Shown here in pieces: positions 24,538 to 36,100 of a stretch of DNA of 64,000 bases; positions within the stretch are counted from its first letter, which is position 1; each line of letters begins with the position of its first letter. Below the pieces are notes generated by a model. That model had not been told where the DNA came from. It did no database searches and was given only the letters and a program-made list of their open reading frames with translations. The stretch comes from a virus (lineage: Duplodnaviria > Caudoviricetes). The position numbers and the translations under genes were made by a program. The stretch covers positions 12,167 to 76,166 of the IMG/VR virus record IMGVR_UViG_3300021431_000113; one strand, 5' to 3'.

Positions 24538-25620
24538 ATGTCATTAGAAAAGAAAAGTCTTATTACTTTAGCTAAGACAGTGGCAAAAGCTAATCCTCAA
24601 GCTGCTGTTGCTTATAGCTTTGGTGATAAAAATTATACTTATGCTCAATTAGATGAAACTCTTAGAGCAGAATTAAAAGAAATTGCTGGTACATATCAGC
24701 TTTACAGAGAGAATAAGAATATTCTCTTTGAACTTATTGAGGAAGTTGTAAATGAAGTTCTTCCTGCAAGAGTTATCGAGCAGTATGGTTCATTTGCAGA
24801 TATCCGTGTATTCGGACAGGGCGAAAAGCCTATATTCTCAGTTAAGACTTCACAGGCTTCTAAACAGAGAGCAAAGAAGTTCGTAACAAAGGTTGGACTT
24901 GCTGGTGTATATGAAGTATTCAAACTTGATGGATACACCTTAGAAGTTCCTACAGAAGCATGGGGCGGAGCTGCTCAGATTGGTATCGAGGAATATCTTG
25001 ATGGCAGAATCGACATGGCTGACGTAGTTGAGATTATCAATGATGGTCTTAATGAGTGCGTATTTAGAGAAATCGCAAAAGCTCTTAAGTCTGTTATCGC
25101 TCAGATTCAGCAGACAAATAAGAAAGCTAACAACTCATTTGTTCAGGCAGATATGGATGCACTTCTTCAGATTGCTGATGCATATGGAAAGGCTACTATT
25201 TACTGTACATTTGAATTTGCTGCTACAATGGTTCCAGACAATAACTGGATTTCAAATGAGCAGAAGAACACAATGTGGAACACAGGTTACCTTGCTAATT
25301 ACAAGGGACATAATGTTGTTATCCTTCCTAACTCATTTGAAGATACAAAGAACACTCAGAAAGTTATGGATCCTTCATATGCTTATATCATCCCAACAGG
25401 TGCTGATAAGCCTATCAAGATCGCTTTCGAAGGTGATGCACTCGTTAGAGAATGGGAAAACAGGGATTGGTCAAGAGAAATCCAGACTTATAAGAAATTT
25501 GGTGTTGGTATCGTAGGTCTCAATAATGGTATCTGTGTATATCAAAATACAACTCTTGCTCCAGCTGCTAAGACACTTGTTCTTAATGCTGCACCTGGAT
25601 TAGATCCAGTATATCAGTAA
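24538..25620 (+). CDS. Major capsid protein
   Basis: 360 aa, position, strong codon bias and HK97-like C-terminal YKKFGVGIV strand; followed by a terminator. Confidence 0.85.
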   Translation: MSLEKKSLITLAKTVAKANPQAAVAYSFGDKNYTYAQLDETLRAELKEIAGTYQLYRENKNILFELIEEVVNEVLPARVIEQYGSFADIRVFGQGEKPIFSVKTSQASKQRAKKFVTKVGLAGVYEVFKLDGYTLEVPTEAWGGAAQIGIEEYLDGRIDMADVVEIINDGLNECVFREIAKALKSVIAQIQQTNKKANNSFVQADMDALLQIADAYGKATIYCTFEFAATMVPDNNWISNEQKNTMWNTGYLANYKGHNVVILPNSFEDTKNTQKVMDPSYAYIIPTGADKPIKIAFEGDALVREWENRDWSREIQTYKKFGVGIVGLNNGICVYQNTTLAPAAKTLVLNAAPGLDPVYQ

Positions 25621-25638
25621 GATTTAATAAAAATAAAT

Positions 25639-25672
25639 AGGGGAGATTAGGAGATTTAATCTCCCCTTATTT
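25639..25672 (+). terminator. Intrinsic terminator after MCP
   Basis: AGGGGAGATTA/TAATCTCCCCT stem. Confidence 0.75.
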
Positions 25673-25703
25673 ATATATTGAGAGATAAAAGGAGATAAAA
25701 ACA

Positions 25704-26255
25704 ATGGATGAAAATAAGAAAATAAAAGTACAAAATAGAGATTTTGGTACTGTAGGATATACTATTCCTGATTTAAATAATCTACATAGAACATTTCAAC
25801 CTAATGAAACAAAAGTTTTAACTTTTGATGAACTTTTTAAACTTTCTCAAGTTCCTGGCGGCGACTACATAATTGCTAATTATTTGATTATTCATGATGA
25901 AGAAGCTGTTAAAGAGCTTATAGGTATGATCGAGCCAGAATATTTTTATACTGAGCAGGATATTATAAGATTAATGCAGTCTGGTTCAACAGATGAATTT
26001 GAAGATTGTTTAAATTTTGCTCCACTTGGAGTTCTTGAATTAATTAAACAGGTTGCGGTTTCACTTCCGCTCAATGATGTTGCAAAGCGCGATTTAATTT
26101 TAAAGAAACTCAGTTTTGATGTAGCAAGCGCAATTGAACTTACAAAAGAAGATGAAGTTGAAGAGGTACCAGTTGTTAAGAGAAAAGCAGCTGTTCCTAA
26201 GACAGAAGATAAAGCACCTGTTAGAAAAGTAGTAAAAGCAACTGCTTCACAATAA
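25704..26255 (+). CDS. Hypothetical virion-assembly protein
   Basis: ORF with RBS AAGGAG after MCP. Confidence 0.7.
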   Translation: MDENKKIKVQNRDFGTVGYTIPDLNNLHRTFQPNETKVLTFDELFKLSQVPGGDYIIANYLIIHDEEAVKELIGMIEPEYFYTEQDIIRLMQSGSTDEFEDCLNFAPLGVLELIKQVAVSLPLNDVAKRDLILKKLSFDVASAIELTKEDEVEEVPVVKRKAAVPKTEDKAPVRKVVKATASQ

Positions 26256-26276
26256 TGTAATAAGGAGGAATGAAAA

Positions 26277-26825
26277 ATGACACCATGTTCACAAGTTTAT
26301 AATGCGTTCCTCAGACAAATTACAGATGATATGTATATGGAATTAACTAAAGAAGATACTTTAAGTATGTTAAGTGAATTGCTTGATTCCGCAATACCTT
26401 GGTTTGAGTTTCCAAGACAAACCTTAGATATTCAACCACCTGAAGATCCTGATGATGAAGAGGATGGTTATTTTTCAAATGATTTATCTAATGAAGAAAT
26501 AAAAATTCTTGCAGTCTATATGGTTCAGGAATGGATTGGTCAACAGCTTGCAAGTGTTGAAAATATAAGGATGAAGTATAGTGGTTCAGATTTTAAACTT
26601 ACTTCACAAGCTAATCATTTAGCTAAATTACAAAGTCTTCAAAAAGAATATGAAAGAAAAGGATTCCATTTACAAAGACTTTATAAAAGAAGAAAAATAG
26701 ATGATAATGGTGTTTATCGTTCCACTATGCACACGATTATGGAAACTCCTGTTTACCCAGCAACTCTTGGTAATGAAGGACCTAATAGTCCTTACGATAG
26801 ACAGGAGGGAAAATGGGATGAATAA
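26277..26825 (+). CDS. Putative head-tail adaptor
   Basis: Helical ~180-aa protein in the adaptor position. Confidence 0.55.
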   Translation: MTPCSQVYNAFLRQITDDMYMELTKEDTLSMLSELLDSAIPWFEFPRQTLDIQPPEDPDDEEDGYFSNDLSNEEIKILAVYMVQEWIGQQLASVENIRMKYSGSDFKLTSQANHLAKLQSLQKEYERKGFHLQRLYKRRKIDDNGVYRSTMHTIMETPVYPATLGNEGPNSPYDRQEGKWDE

Positions 26826-27132
26826 ATATAATTTAGAAATTAACGAAAAAGTTTTTCAATCTAATTTGAAAAGAAATATTAACTTAATATATAAATTATT
26901 ACCAATGCGCGAAGAGGGTGCAGATTGGACAAAACCATTAGAAACTATTATCGAAGAATTAGTTGGCATGAATCAGCTGTTAGTCGACTTGCAGCCCGCC
27001 CTATTTCCTATCATTTGTAAATTAGAAGGACTCTTTAGCTTAACAGAAGAAAAAGATATGGCTTTATTTAGAAGAGTTATCTTTGAATGTCTGTCGCTCT
27101 TGAGTAAAATTGATTATGAAAGCATTAGATAA
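26818..27132 (+). CDS. Hypothetical neck-region protein
   Basis: Start re-assigned to MNKYNLEI after RBS AGGAGG. Confidence 0.65.
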   Translation: MNKYNLEINEKVFQSNLKRNINLIYKLLPMREEGADWTKPLETIIEELVGMNQLLVDLQPALFPIICKLEGLFSLTEEKDMALFRRVIFECLSLLSKIDYESIR

Positions 27133-28117
27133 TATGCGTCATAGATTAGATTATAATGGCGGAAGCGCGCAGCAAAGTCGAATGATTGAAGATAAATTAA
27201 AAAGTTTAAAAAAAGCTTTATTATATTCATATCAAGCTGGCACTATGGTTATAGATAATCCTGACGAAGACAATACGTTACCTCAATTAGAGTTTCGTTG
27301 TTTAATGAATCCAGATAAAAGAACATTTGAAACAGATAAGATGATGTTATCTGTACCTTTTGAAGATATATGTTTAAACGCTCCTCGAGTTGGAAAAACG
27401 ACAGAAGGAATTATTCCTGTCCCTGTAAAATGTGGAAAGACTTTTATTTGGAAAGAAACGAATACTCGTTGGATAGTAACTTTACAATATATAGAAGAAT
27501 ATGCTTATTTTAGAGCAGATGTTAGAAAATGTTTTGAGTATCCTTTAACTATTGATGGAAAAGATTATTACTTTGCTTCTGTTGGTGAACAAGAAGAAAT
27601 TATTGAATGGTTAAGAAGAAATAAAGAAGAATGGAATAAACTAAATTATACTCGTACAATTTATTTAGAAAGAAATGAAGATACTTTAGCATTTTTTAAA
27701 AGATTTAAAATAGTTAAATTACCAAATATTCAAGGTAAATTAGAATCATGGGAGGTACAAGCAGTATCTCCTAATTCTGTTGATAATATTCTTATTGTTC
27801 ATGTAAAAGAATATTTTGAAAATCAATATGAAGATTTGAGCAATGAAATACAAAATGAAATCAAAGAACGTAATGAGATAGAAGAGAATTTAGTATGTAA
27901 AGCTTATGATAAAATTTCTTGTACTACTAATTATATTCAAGATGCATTATGGTCTATTGAAAATATAACAAAAGGCTTATCTCTTGATATAGAAGATGCT
28001 ATTGTTCAAGGTGATAAGACCACTGTATATGTGCAATTACTTAATGGGAAAACAGGTGAATTTGATTTGTATTATAATAATAAACTTGTTAAACACGTTG
28101 TAGTGCAATCATTATAA
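27116..28117 (+). CDS. Putative head closure / neck protein
   Basis: Beta-rich protein in the neck gene cluster. Confidence 0.5.
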   Translation: MKALDNMRHRLDYNGGSAQQSRMIEDKLKSLKKALLYSYQAGTMVIDNPDEDNTLPQLEFRCLMNPDKRTFETDKMMLSVPFEDICLNAPRVGKTTEGIIPVPVKCGKTFIWKETNTRWIVTLQYIEEYAYFRADVRKCFEYPLTIDGKDYYFASVGEQEEIIEWLRRNKEEWNKLNYTRTIYLERNEDTLAFFKRFKIVKLPNIQGKLESWEVQAVSPNSVDNILIVHVKEYFENQYEDLSNEIQNEIKERNEIEENLVCKAYDKISCTTNYIQDALWSIENITKGLSLDIEDAIVQGDKTTVYVQLLNGKTGEFDLYYNNKLVKHVVVQSL

Positions 28118-28139
28118 GAGATAAAAGGAGTAAGATAAA

Positions 28140-28727
28140 ATGCAGAGAAACGGATTACCCCCAATACAATCTTCATTCTTATCTTGCGATAAAGATACTG
28201 AATTAATATTAAATAAGCTGTTTGTTGAATCTGGCAAATACAGTACATGGTTAAAAAGATTATTAATTATTAATACTAAAGATTGTTTAGACCCTACAAT
28301 AAGGAAATATGATGATATAGTAAATCATTATAGTGTTCATGATTTATTTGAAAAACAATATATTAGAACTACTCCAAGATTAGAGTTTAATGAGCATGAA
28401 GATGTTCAATCTTATATTTTATTAAATTTTGATAATTTTACAACCAATTCAAGAAATGAACAGTTTAGAGATTGTATGATTAATTTTGATATATTATGCA
28501 ATACAAAACAGTGGGATTTACAAGGTTTTAGAGTTAGACCACTTATGATTGCAGGATATATAGATGGTATATTAAATTTAGGTAAACTATCTGGAGTGGG
28601 TGAAACGTATTTTCTTGGATGTAATGAGTTAATTTTGGACCCAAATTTAGTGGGATATACTTTATCCTATCATGTTGTTCATTTTACAGAAGATGATGCT
28701 AAATTAGAAGAACTAGCGAGTAAATGA
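28140..28727 (+). CDS. Putative tail terminator / completion protein
   Basis: Position and the MINFDILC...GYTLSY pattern. Confidence 0.5.
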   Translation: MQRNGLPPIQSSFLSCDKDTELILNKLFVESGKYSTWLKRLLIINTKDCLDPTIRKYDDIVNHYSVHDLFEKQYIRTTPRLEFNEHEDVQSYILLNFDNFTTNSRNEQFRDCMINFDILCNTKQWDLQGFRVRPLMIAGYIDGILNLGKLSGVGETYFLGCNELILDPNLVGYTLSYHVVHFTEDDAKLEELASK

Positions 28728-29533
28728 ATAGAAAAAGAATAGTCCATAAATTATTATTAGATACCAAGAGCGATATTCCATTTCCGTCTGCTCAATTAAC
28801 CATATATCAACCGTCTATTGCAGAAATAGGTTTATTGGGCGAACCTCAATTTTTTGTTGCTGTAAATAGTTTAACTAGAGATTACAAAAATCTAAAGATT
28901 GAGGACAATTTTGATTTAGATAGTTTAACGAATTTTGATATATTAATGTCAATAATGAGAGAAAAAACTGAAAACGGTCATTATATCTTTTTTAGTGTTG
29001 TACAGTTATTAGAATTAATTTTTCCTAAATATAAAATTAATTTTACTCCTAGGTCTTTTATATTTCAGCCTAAAGAAAAGGATGAAAATGAACCTCCTCA
29101 AACATTGATGATTGATGGAAACAACTTTGAAGAGTTTGCGAATATTATTTATGATATGTTTGGACTTGCTGCTTTAACTGGAGATGCTGAAACAGACTAT
29201 AATCCGCAAGGAGACCGCGCTCGCGCATTAGTTGAAAAATTCAAAAAGAAACATGAATATTTGGCTGATATGCGAAAACAAAGAGGAGAAGATACTGCGT
29301 TAAATAGTGTCTTTGGTAGATATATAAATATCCTTGCTATTGGAGAGCAAAAAGATAAGAATGAATTAAAACAGTATTCAGTTTATCAACTTATTGAAGA
29401 GTTTAAACGTTTCCAATTAAAAGAAACATTTGACTATACATTCCAAGCTAAAATGGCTGGAGCGCAAAATGTAAAAGACGCTAAAGATTGGATGCAAGAC
29501 ATTACTCTTGGCGTTGAATTAGAAGAAGAATAA
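28724..29533 (+). CDS. Hypothetical tail-assembly protein
   Basis: ORF immediately upstream of the major tail protein. Confidence 0.6.
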   Translation: MNRKRIVHKLLLDTKSDIPFPSAQLTIYQPSIAEIGLLGEPQFFVAVNSLTRDYKNLKIEDNFDLDSLTNFDILMSIMREKTENGHYIFFSVVQLLELIFPKYKINFTPRSFIFQPKEKDENEPPQTLMIDGNNFEEFANIIYDMFGLAALTGDAETDYNPQGDRARALVEKFKKKHEYLADMRKQRGEDTALNSVFGRYINILAIGEQKDKNELKQYSVYQLIEEFKRFQLKETFDYTFQAKMAGAQNVKDAKDWMQDITLGVELEEE

Positions 29534-29551
29534 TTAAGGAGGAAAATACAA

Positions 29552-30718
29552 ATGAAATTTGGTGTTCGCGAATGTGCTAACATAGTGTTCAGAGCAAAAA
29601 CTCCTACTAACATTGGTAAGTATAAGTTTAAGGCTGGACAACCTGTACTTTATATCGATACAGCAACAACTTCATCTGTAGAGCAAGCTACTACAACTGT
29701 TTATGCACAGGGTGGTAGAGGTAATGTTCGTCTTATCTCTTGGGAAGGTGAGAAGACTTTAACATTTACTGTTGAAGATGCTTTACTTTCACCTATTTCT
29801 CTTGCTATGCTTTCAGGTGCTGATCTGTTCCAGGGATCTACTGGAGTTGAATCAGTACATTTCCATACTACTTCTACAGCTACATTAGAAGTTACTGGTA
29901 CTGGAGATCAGAAGAAAGGTTGGATCGATTTAAAGAACGTACTTGGTGCTAAAGAAACTTTATGTCCTACAAATGATTCTCCTATTTATGTTATTGTCAC
30001 TGAAGGTGATGGTAGTTTAACAGGTAAGATGATTGAAGGTACTAAGGTTGAAGTTGGTAATATTACTATTGATGCAGAAACCGGTGCTAAGACATTTACA
30101 GCTGGTAAAAATAGTGATGGAGTAGCACAAGCTATTCAGATTACAAAGCCAACTGTTGCTGGTTTACAAGATTGGTATAAGGCTACTGATGAAGGTGCTG
30201 CTGACGCTAAAATAGGAGCAGGACAAATTGCTGTATTCGTAGATTATTATCTTGATAAGAAAGCTACAGCAGTTGATGAACTTCAGATTGCTGCTGATAA
30301 CTTTGCTGGTAACTATTATGTAGAAGCTGATACATTATTCAGACGTAAGAGTGATGGTGTTGATATGCCTGCTAACTTAACATTCCCTAATGTTAAGATT
30401 CAGTCTAACCTTACATTCCAGTTATCTGGAACTGGAGATCCTTCAACATTTACCTTTACAATGGACGCTCTTCCAGGATATACTTATTTTGATAAGTCAA
30501 GAGAAGTTCTTTGTGTAATTCAGGTTATTGAAGACCAGACAAATGCTGATAAGGTTATTAACCCAGTTATGCCTCATAACACAACACTTGAACATGATGA
30601 CAATGAGATTTATGATTCAAGATATATTGGTTATGGTGAAACAGCTAATACAACAACTCAAGGAAATCCTAAGTCCGAATCAAGTAGGACACCTGAGAAT
30701 CCAGATGCTGCTGGTTAA
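29552..30718 (+). CDS. Major tail (tube) protein
   Basis: High-expression codon bias; VYAQGGRG...LTFTVED and GDPSTFTFTMD tube-like motifs; followed by a terminator. Confidence 0.75.
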   Translation: MKFGVRECANIVFRAKTPTNIGKYKFKAGQPVLYIDTATTSSVEQATTTVYAQGGRGNVRLISWEGEKTLTFTVEDALLSPISLAMLSGADLFQGSTGVESVHFHTTSTATLEVTGTGDQKKGWIDLKNVLGAKETLCPTNDSPIYVIVTEGDGSLTGKMIEGTKVEVGNITIDAETGAKTFTAGKNSDGVAQAIQITKPTVAGLQDWYKATDEGAADAKIGAGQIAVFVDYYLDKKATAVDELQIAADNFAGNYYVEADTLFRRKSDGVDMPANLTFPNVKIQSNLTFQLSGTGDPSTFTFTMDALPGYTYFDKSREVLCVIQVIEDQTNADKVINPVMPHNTTLEHDDNEIYDSRYIGYGETANTTTQGNPKSESSRTPENPDAAG

Positions 30719-30731
30719 TTAAAAATATATT

Positions 30732-30770
30732 GCGGGGGGTGCGTGTAATACGCACTCCCGCTATTTTTTT
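30732..30770 (+). terminator. Intrinsic terminator
   Basis: GCGGGGGGTGCG/CGCACTCCCGC stem plus T-run. Confidence 0.8.
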
Positions 30771-30795
30771 AGGTAAAGGAAGGTTGTGATTATTA

Positions 30796-32478
30796 ATGGC
30801 AAATAGAAATATTCAAAGATATTGGAATAATGCGGAATTATATAGGCAAAAACCTGATTTTTGGGAATCTGATATTTTTTATATTCATTTGCATACTCAA
30901 AATATAGGTAAAATGGCAAACGGGGATGCAAAATCTGATGATGAGTTATCTAATATTTTTGATGCATATAAAAACGGTAAAGATTCTACTGTTCAAAAAG
31001 CTGTAACAAATCAATATCTTCAAGCAATGAAAGCAAGCATTAAGAAAACTACCCAAAATAGAGAATTATTGGATGAAGTTTTTGATATAAAAAATAATAA
31101 TACTTCAGCGATGCTTGATCAAATGCATAAAACTATGCAAGAAGGATTAGAAAAATATATTAATACAGAAAATTTAGTTAAACTACTTCAAAATGAAGAA
31201 ACTCTAAAATGGAATGAAAAAGGAACAGGTTCTTTAAAACAAGCTTTAAAAAATGATGGTGACTATCAAGATAGTATAAAATTTTTAGATACTTTGCTTC
31301 AAGCTATGGCTGATACCGTTAAATTAATTAATTCTCCTTTAGGTCCAAAATTGGCTGAAGCTTTATTATTAGAATCAAATAGTACTTCAAATTTTACAAA
31401 TGTTAAAGATTATGGAGCAAATTTAACAAAAGTATTAAATAAATTTAAAACAGAAAATAAAGCAGTATTATTAAATACTCCTTTAATGCAAGAAGCTATT
31501 AAAAATTTAGATGATATATTATCACCTTTAACTAATTTGTATTTAGAAAAAAATAAAAATGGAAAAGTTATAAGAGAAAATACTACTGTTGGAAAATTAC
31601 AAGGTCGTGTAACAAATAACTTTTTTCCTAATTTAGCAGAAATACTTGCCGCACAAATTGAAAAAACTGCTGTTTCTGAAGCTGTTAAAATTACTAAAAA
31701 TGCACGTAGAACAGGTGCTGAAACTTCTCAAATTCAAATTACTGATACAGAAGGAAATTATAGTAATAAAGGTTATTTTGATGATGGTGGTAAAAAACAA
31801 GATAAAGCAGATAATATATATGAAAATGTTCAAATGAGTGTTGATAATTTAAGAAATGGTGAATCAGGATATTTTAAGATAGATATTGGTATAAGTAGTA
31901 AAAGTTATGTGACTCAGCATTTTGGAACAGATACTTCATTAGCTGATTTTAATGATGTTTATTCTCTTGGTGGAGGTATGACTATAGGTAATGCTTTTAG
32001 ATTACTGTTAGGTGATATTAATGCAGATATATATAAAAAATATTTAGGATATAATGTTTTTGCTAGAGATTCATCAGATTTTCCTAAAGCTTTAAATTCT
32101 TTACAAGATGTTTTATTAACACGAAGTATCGTTTATATAGCTTCTGGTCGTAATAAAAAAAATATCGCTCAATTCATGATGATTAATGGTAATTTTTTAT
32201 CTATATGGGATATTATTAAATATACTTTTGATCATGATATAGGAAAAAGTTCGTCTCAATTAAAGACAATTCAACCCGAAGACAGACCAGGTCTTTATAT
32301 GACTGTATCTAATAGAGGAAAAATTATTAAACTCGCTAAAAGTAGATTTTGGTTAAGAAGAATTGTTAAAACAAATGAAGCAATTGATTCAGCTACAATG
32401 AAAGTTCATATTATTCCTAAACAGATTATTAATGGAGTTGTTAGTTCCGGTCAAATTAATGATATTAAACATTCTTGA
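30796..32478 (+). CDS. 560-aa hypothetical protein with possible PD-(D/E)xK-like motif
   Basis: KAD...IGISSKSY; very AT-rich; located in the tail operon. Confidence 0.6.
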   Translation: MANRNIQRYWNNAELYRQKPDFWESDIFYIHLHTQNIGKMANGDAKSDDELSNIFDAYKNGKDSTVQKAVTNQYLQAMKASIKKTTQNRELLDEVFDIKNNNTSAMLDQMHKTMQEGLEKYINTENLVKLLQNEETLKWNEKGTGSLKQALKNDGDYQDSIKFLDTLLQAMADTVKLINSPLGPKLAEALLLESNSTSNFTNVKDYGANLTKVLNKFKTENKAVLLNTPLMQEAIKNLDDILSPLTNLYLEKNKNGKVIRENTTVGKLQGRVTNNFFPNLAEILAAQIEKTAVSEAVKITKNARRTGAETSQIQITDTEGNYSNKGYFDDGGKKQDKADNIYENVQMSVDNLRNGESGYFKIDIGISSKSYVTQHFGTDTSLADFNDVYSLGGGMTIGNAFRLLLGDINADIYKKYLGYNVFARDSSDFPKALNSLQDVLLTRSIVYIASGRNKKNIAQFMMINGNFLSIWDIIKYTFDHDIGKSSSQLKTIQPEDRPGLYMTVSNRGKIIKLAKSRFWLRRIVKTNEAIDSATMKVHIIPKQIINGVVSSGQINDIKHS

Positions 32479-32534
32479 CAAAATTAAAAAATTTTGTTAT
32501 AATATAAAAAAAGAAAAAGGAGAAAAAAGGATTA

Positions 32535-33080
32535 ATGAAATTTGATGAATTAAATCTTAAACAGGTTAATAAAGATGCTAATATTATTATTAATGATAAA
32601 AAGATAAATATTAAACAATATTTACCAATTAATGAAAAAATTAGCTTAGTTCAAATTGCTTTACAGCAGTCAGAGGAAGATGGTATTTATAATGAAGGTT
32701 TACTTACTGCTTATTTTTATACTTATATAGTTATGTTTTATTCAGATATAGAGTTTACTGATGAGCAAAAAGAGAATATACCTTCTATATATGATATACT
32801 TGAAACTAATGATATTATCACAAAAGTATGTGATAAGATTCCTAAAGTTGAATTTGATGATTTATTAGATTTGCTTCAAGATCAGAAAAATAATAATACA
32901 AGTTATAAAACTTCAACAGCTTATTTAATTAGTCAGTTTATTAATACTCTTCCTGAACAAATGAATCAAGTTTCTGAAATAATTAATAATTTTGATCCAA
33001 GTAAATATCAGGCAGTAGTAGATTTTGCAACCGCCGCAAATGGTGGAAGAAATATTAATACTAATCAGCCTGTTGAATAA
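32535..33080 (+). CDS. Putative tail assembly chaperone
   Basis: Directly upstream of the tape measure gene; own sigma-A promoter at about 32476-32504. Confidence 0.5.
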   Translation: MKFDELNLKQVNKDANIIINDKKINIKQYLPINEKISLVQIALQQSEEDGIYNEGLLTAYFYTYIVMFYSDIEFTDEQKENIPSIYDILETNDIITKVCDKIPKVEFDDLLDLLQDQKNNNTSYKTSTAYLISQFINTLPEQMNQVSEIINNFDPSKYQAVVDFATAANGGRNINTNQPVE

Positions 33081-33124
33081 GGACAACTTTGATTAAAACT
33101 TATGCTCTTATTACCAAGTGTAAT
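33081..33124 (+). promoter_or_regulatory. Candidate phage-specific promoter (copy 2)
   Basis: GGACA-N5-GATTAA...TGTAAT upstream of the tape measure gene. Confidence 0.4.
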
Positions 33125-33187
33125 AAGAGCATTTTTTATTTTACGAAAAATAAAAAGAAATCGGAAATAAGATAGGAGGTAAAAGGA

Positions 33188-36100
33188 ATGGCTAATGGTG
33201 GTAGAATAGATTTTACTATTGGTTATAAAGTTGATAAGACTGGTTTAAATGACATGAAAAAGCAGTTAGAAGATATTTCAAAGATGTCTGCAACACAGAT
33301 AAAAATTGATAATCCTTCTTTAAATATGAAAGAAGCTATGTCTGCTATGCAAAAAGTTAGAATTGCTGTTGATGAAATTAAACCAGCTTTAGATAAATCT
33401 TTTGATACTACTACAGGTATTGTTAATTTAGAAAAATTAAGAAATTCTTTACAAAAGTTAAATTTATCTGAAATTCAAAATAGGTTTAATGCAATTGGAC
33501 CAAAAGGACAACAAGCTTTTTTAAATATTTCTAAAGCAGCTTTAACTACTAATGTTAATTTAAAACAAACATCAAGTTTAGTTGATAAAATGGGGCAAAC
33601 TTTAGTTAATACTTTAAAATGGAGTTTTTCATCAAGTATTATTAACAAGTTTACAGGAGCTATTCAACAAGCTTATGGTTATGTTCAGCATTTAGATACA
33701 TCTTTAAACGATATTCGTATAGTAACTGGTAAATCTGCTGACGAGATGGATAGATTTGCAGAAAAAGCCAATAATGCTGCAAAAGCATTGGGTGCTTCAA
33801 CAACTGAATATACCGAAGCTGCATTAATTTACTATCAACAGGGTTTATCTGATGAGGAAGCTCAGGCCCGTGCGGAGACTACTTTAAAAGCAGCTAATGT
33901 TACTGGTCAGACTGGTCGTGAAGTTTCAGAAGAGTTAACTGCTGTTTGGAATGGTTATAAAGTTACAGCTGAAGAAACTGAACTTTATGTCGATAAATTA
34001 GCTGCAGTTGCTGCAACAACAGCTTCAGACTTGGAAGAATTGTCAACAGGTATGAGTAAAGTTGCATCTGCTGCAAATGCAATGGGTGTAGATGTTGATC
34101 AATTAAATGGTATGTTATCAACTATTATATCTGTTACTCGTCAAGCACCTGAAACAGCCGGTACTGCACTTAAAACTATTTTTGCTCGTATAGAAGATTT
34201 AAAAATTAGTGGTGAAGATGAAGATGGTGTTAAATTAGGTGAAGTTTCATCTACTCTTGATGAAGTTGGCGTTCATATTATGGATGTTAATGGAGATATA
34301 CGAGATCTCGGTGAGGTTATAGAAGAAGTTGCAGGTAAATGGGATACATGGACAGATGCTCAACAAACTGCAATTGCTCAGGCTATGGCTGGTAAAAGAC
34401 AATATAATAATTTACTTGCTCTTTTTAATAATTGGGATATGTATAGTGATGCTGTTGAAACCTCTCGTAATTCTATGGGTACTTTACAAGAGCAGCAAGA
34501 TATTTATATGGAATCAACTGCTGCTCACTTACAACAGTTAAAAACTGAATGGGAAGATTTGTATGATTCTGTTTTAGATAACAAAGATCTTAATGTTTTA
34601 ATAGATGGTTTAACAAAAGTATTAAATTTATTTACTAATATTATTGATGCTGTTGGTGGTGGTAAGACTTTATTTACTGGATTAATAGCTTTAATTGGAA
34701 CTAAATTTAGTAAACAAATTTCAGAAGCATTTTCACCTTTAATTATTAATATGCAAAATGCTAAGAAAAATGCAGAAATTTTATCTAAGCTTTTACAAAA
34801 TATTGATGTGCAACAGAAAAATGGTGTAATTGGCGGTAGAGCAGCTACTGCAATGGCAAAAGCTCAAAAGGAAATGAGCCAATATTGGGAGCTTATGTCA
34901 GAAGAACAGATTAATGCAAGTCAGCAAACAATAAAAGAAATTGGTGAATGGGAAGATAAAGCTGAAGCTATTGATTTAGCAGAAGCAGCTTTAAGAAAGT
35001 ATGTTGATGAAAGATTAAAAATTCCTAAAGCAGATGCAGATAATTTTAAATCAGATAGTTTATTTAATGTTGGAAGCACTGCAAATACTCAAGCTATTCA
35101 ATTTTTTGAAACACAAATTGAACAAATTCAACAGATTCAACAAAATTATAAACAATTAGGTAATACTATTAGTGCTGTTAATAATAAGATTCAAGCAGGA
35201 GATACTTCTTCAGGATTATTAAAAGGATTAGCTTCACAGTTAGTTCAAGCTAAGAAAAATGTTAAAGAATTACAAACTTTAGCAAAAAAAGGACTTATTC
35301 CAAAAGAAATTGCTACTGAAGCTCAAAAGAATGTATCAGAACTTTATCAACGATTTAGAAAATTAAAAACTCAAATAGATGAAGTAAATGCTACTGAAAA
35401 AGAATTAACTAAGACTCAAAAAGAATTGGTAAAAGCTCAAAAGGGCGATAAAAATGGTGTTGTAGATGTAGCAAAAGTTGAAGAAGCTAAGAAAAAAGTT
35501 GAAGAATTAACAAAAAAAATACAACGATTAAAAAATGATTTAAAAAATTCTTCAAAAGGTTATCTTTTTACTGATGAGATGATAAAGACTTTACCTCGAA
35601 TAGGTGGTCAAATAGATAAAACAAGTCAGCAATATAAGACTTATATAAAATTATTAAAAGAAGCCGGCTTGTCTGCGGAAGAAGCTGCATTACATATAGA
35701 ACAATTAGATGCAAGCTTAAATAAAAATGATTTAGCAATACAAAAGAAAACACAAAATATTACTCAATTAATTGGTGGTTTTGCAAGTTTAGTTTTCGCT
35801 ATGCAATCATTATCAAATATAGGAGATATATTTGATAATGAAGATTTATCAATCACTGAAAGATTTGGACAAATTGTTACTTCATTAGCAATTGGTGTAC
35901 CAATGTTAGTTTCTGCTTTACAAGGATTGAAAGGTGAATTAATTGGTTTATTAATTCCTAAAGCTGCAAATCTTTTAGCTGATGAAGGTGAAATAGAAGC
36001 CACTGTTGCTTTAGAAGTTGCAAAATATGGAGAAGCTGCGGCTCATGATGCAAATACTGCTGCAATTATTAGAGAACGTGCTGCTAAATTATTATTAAAT

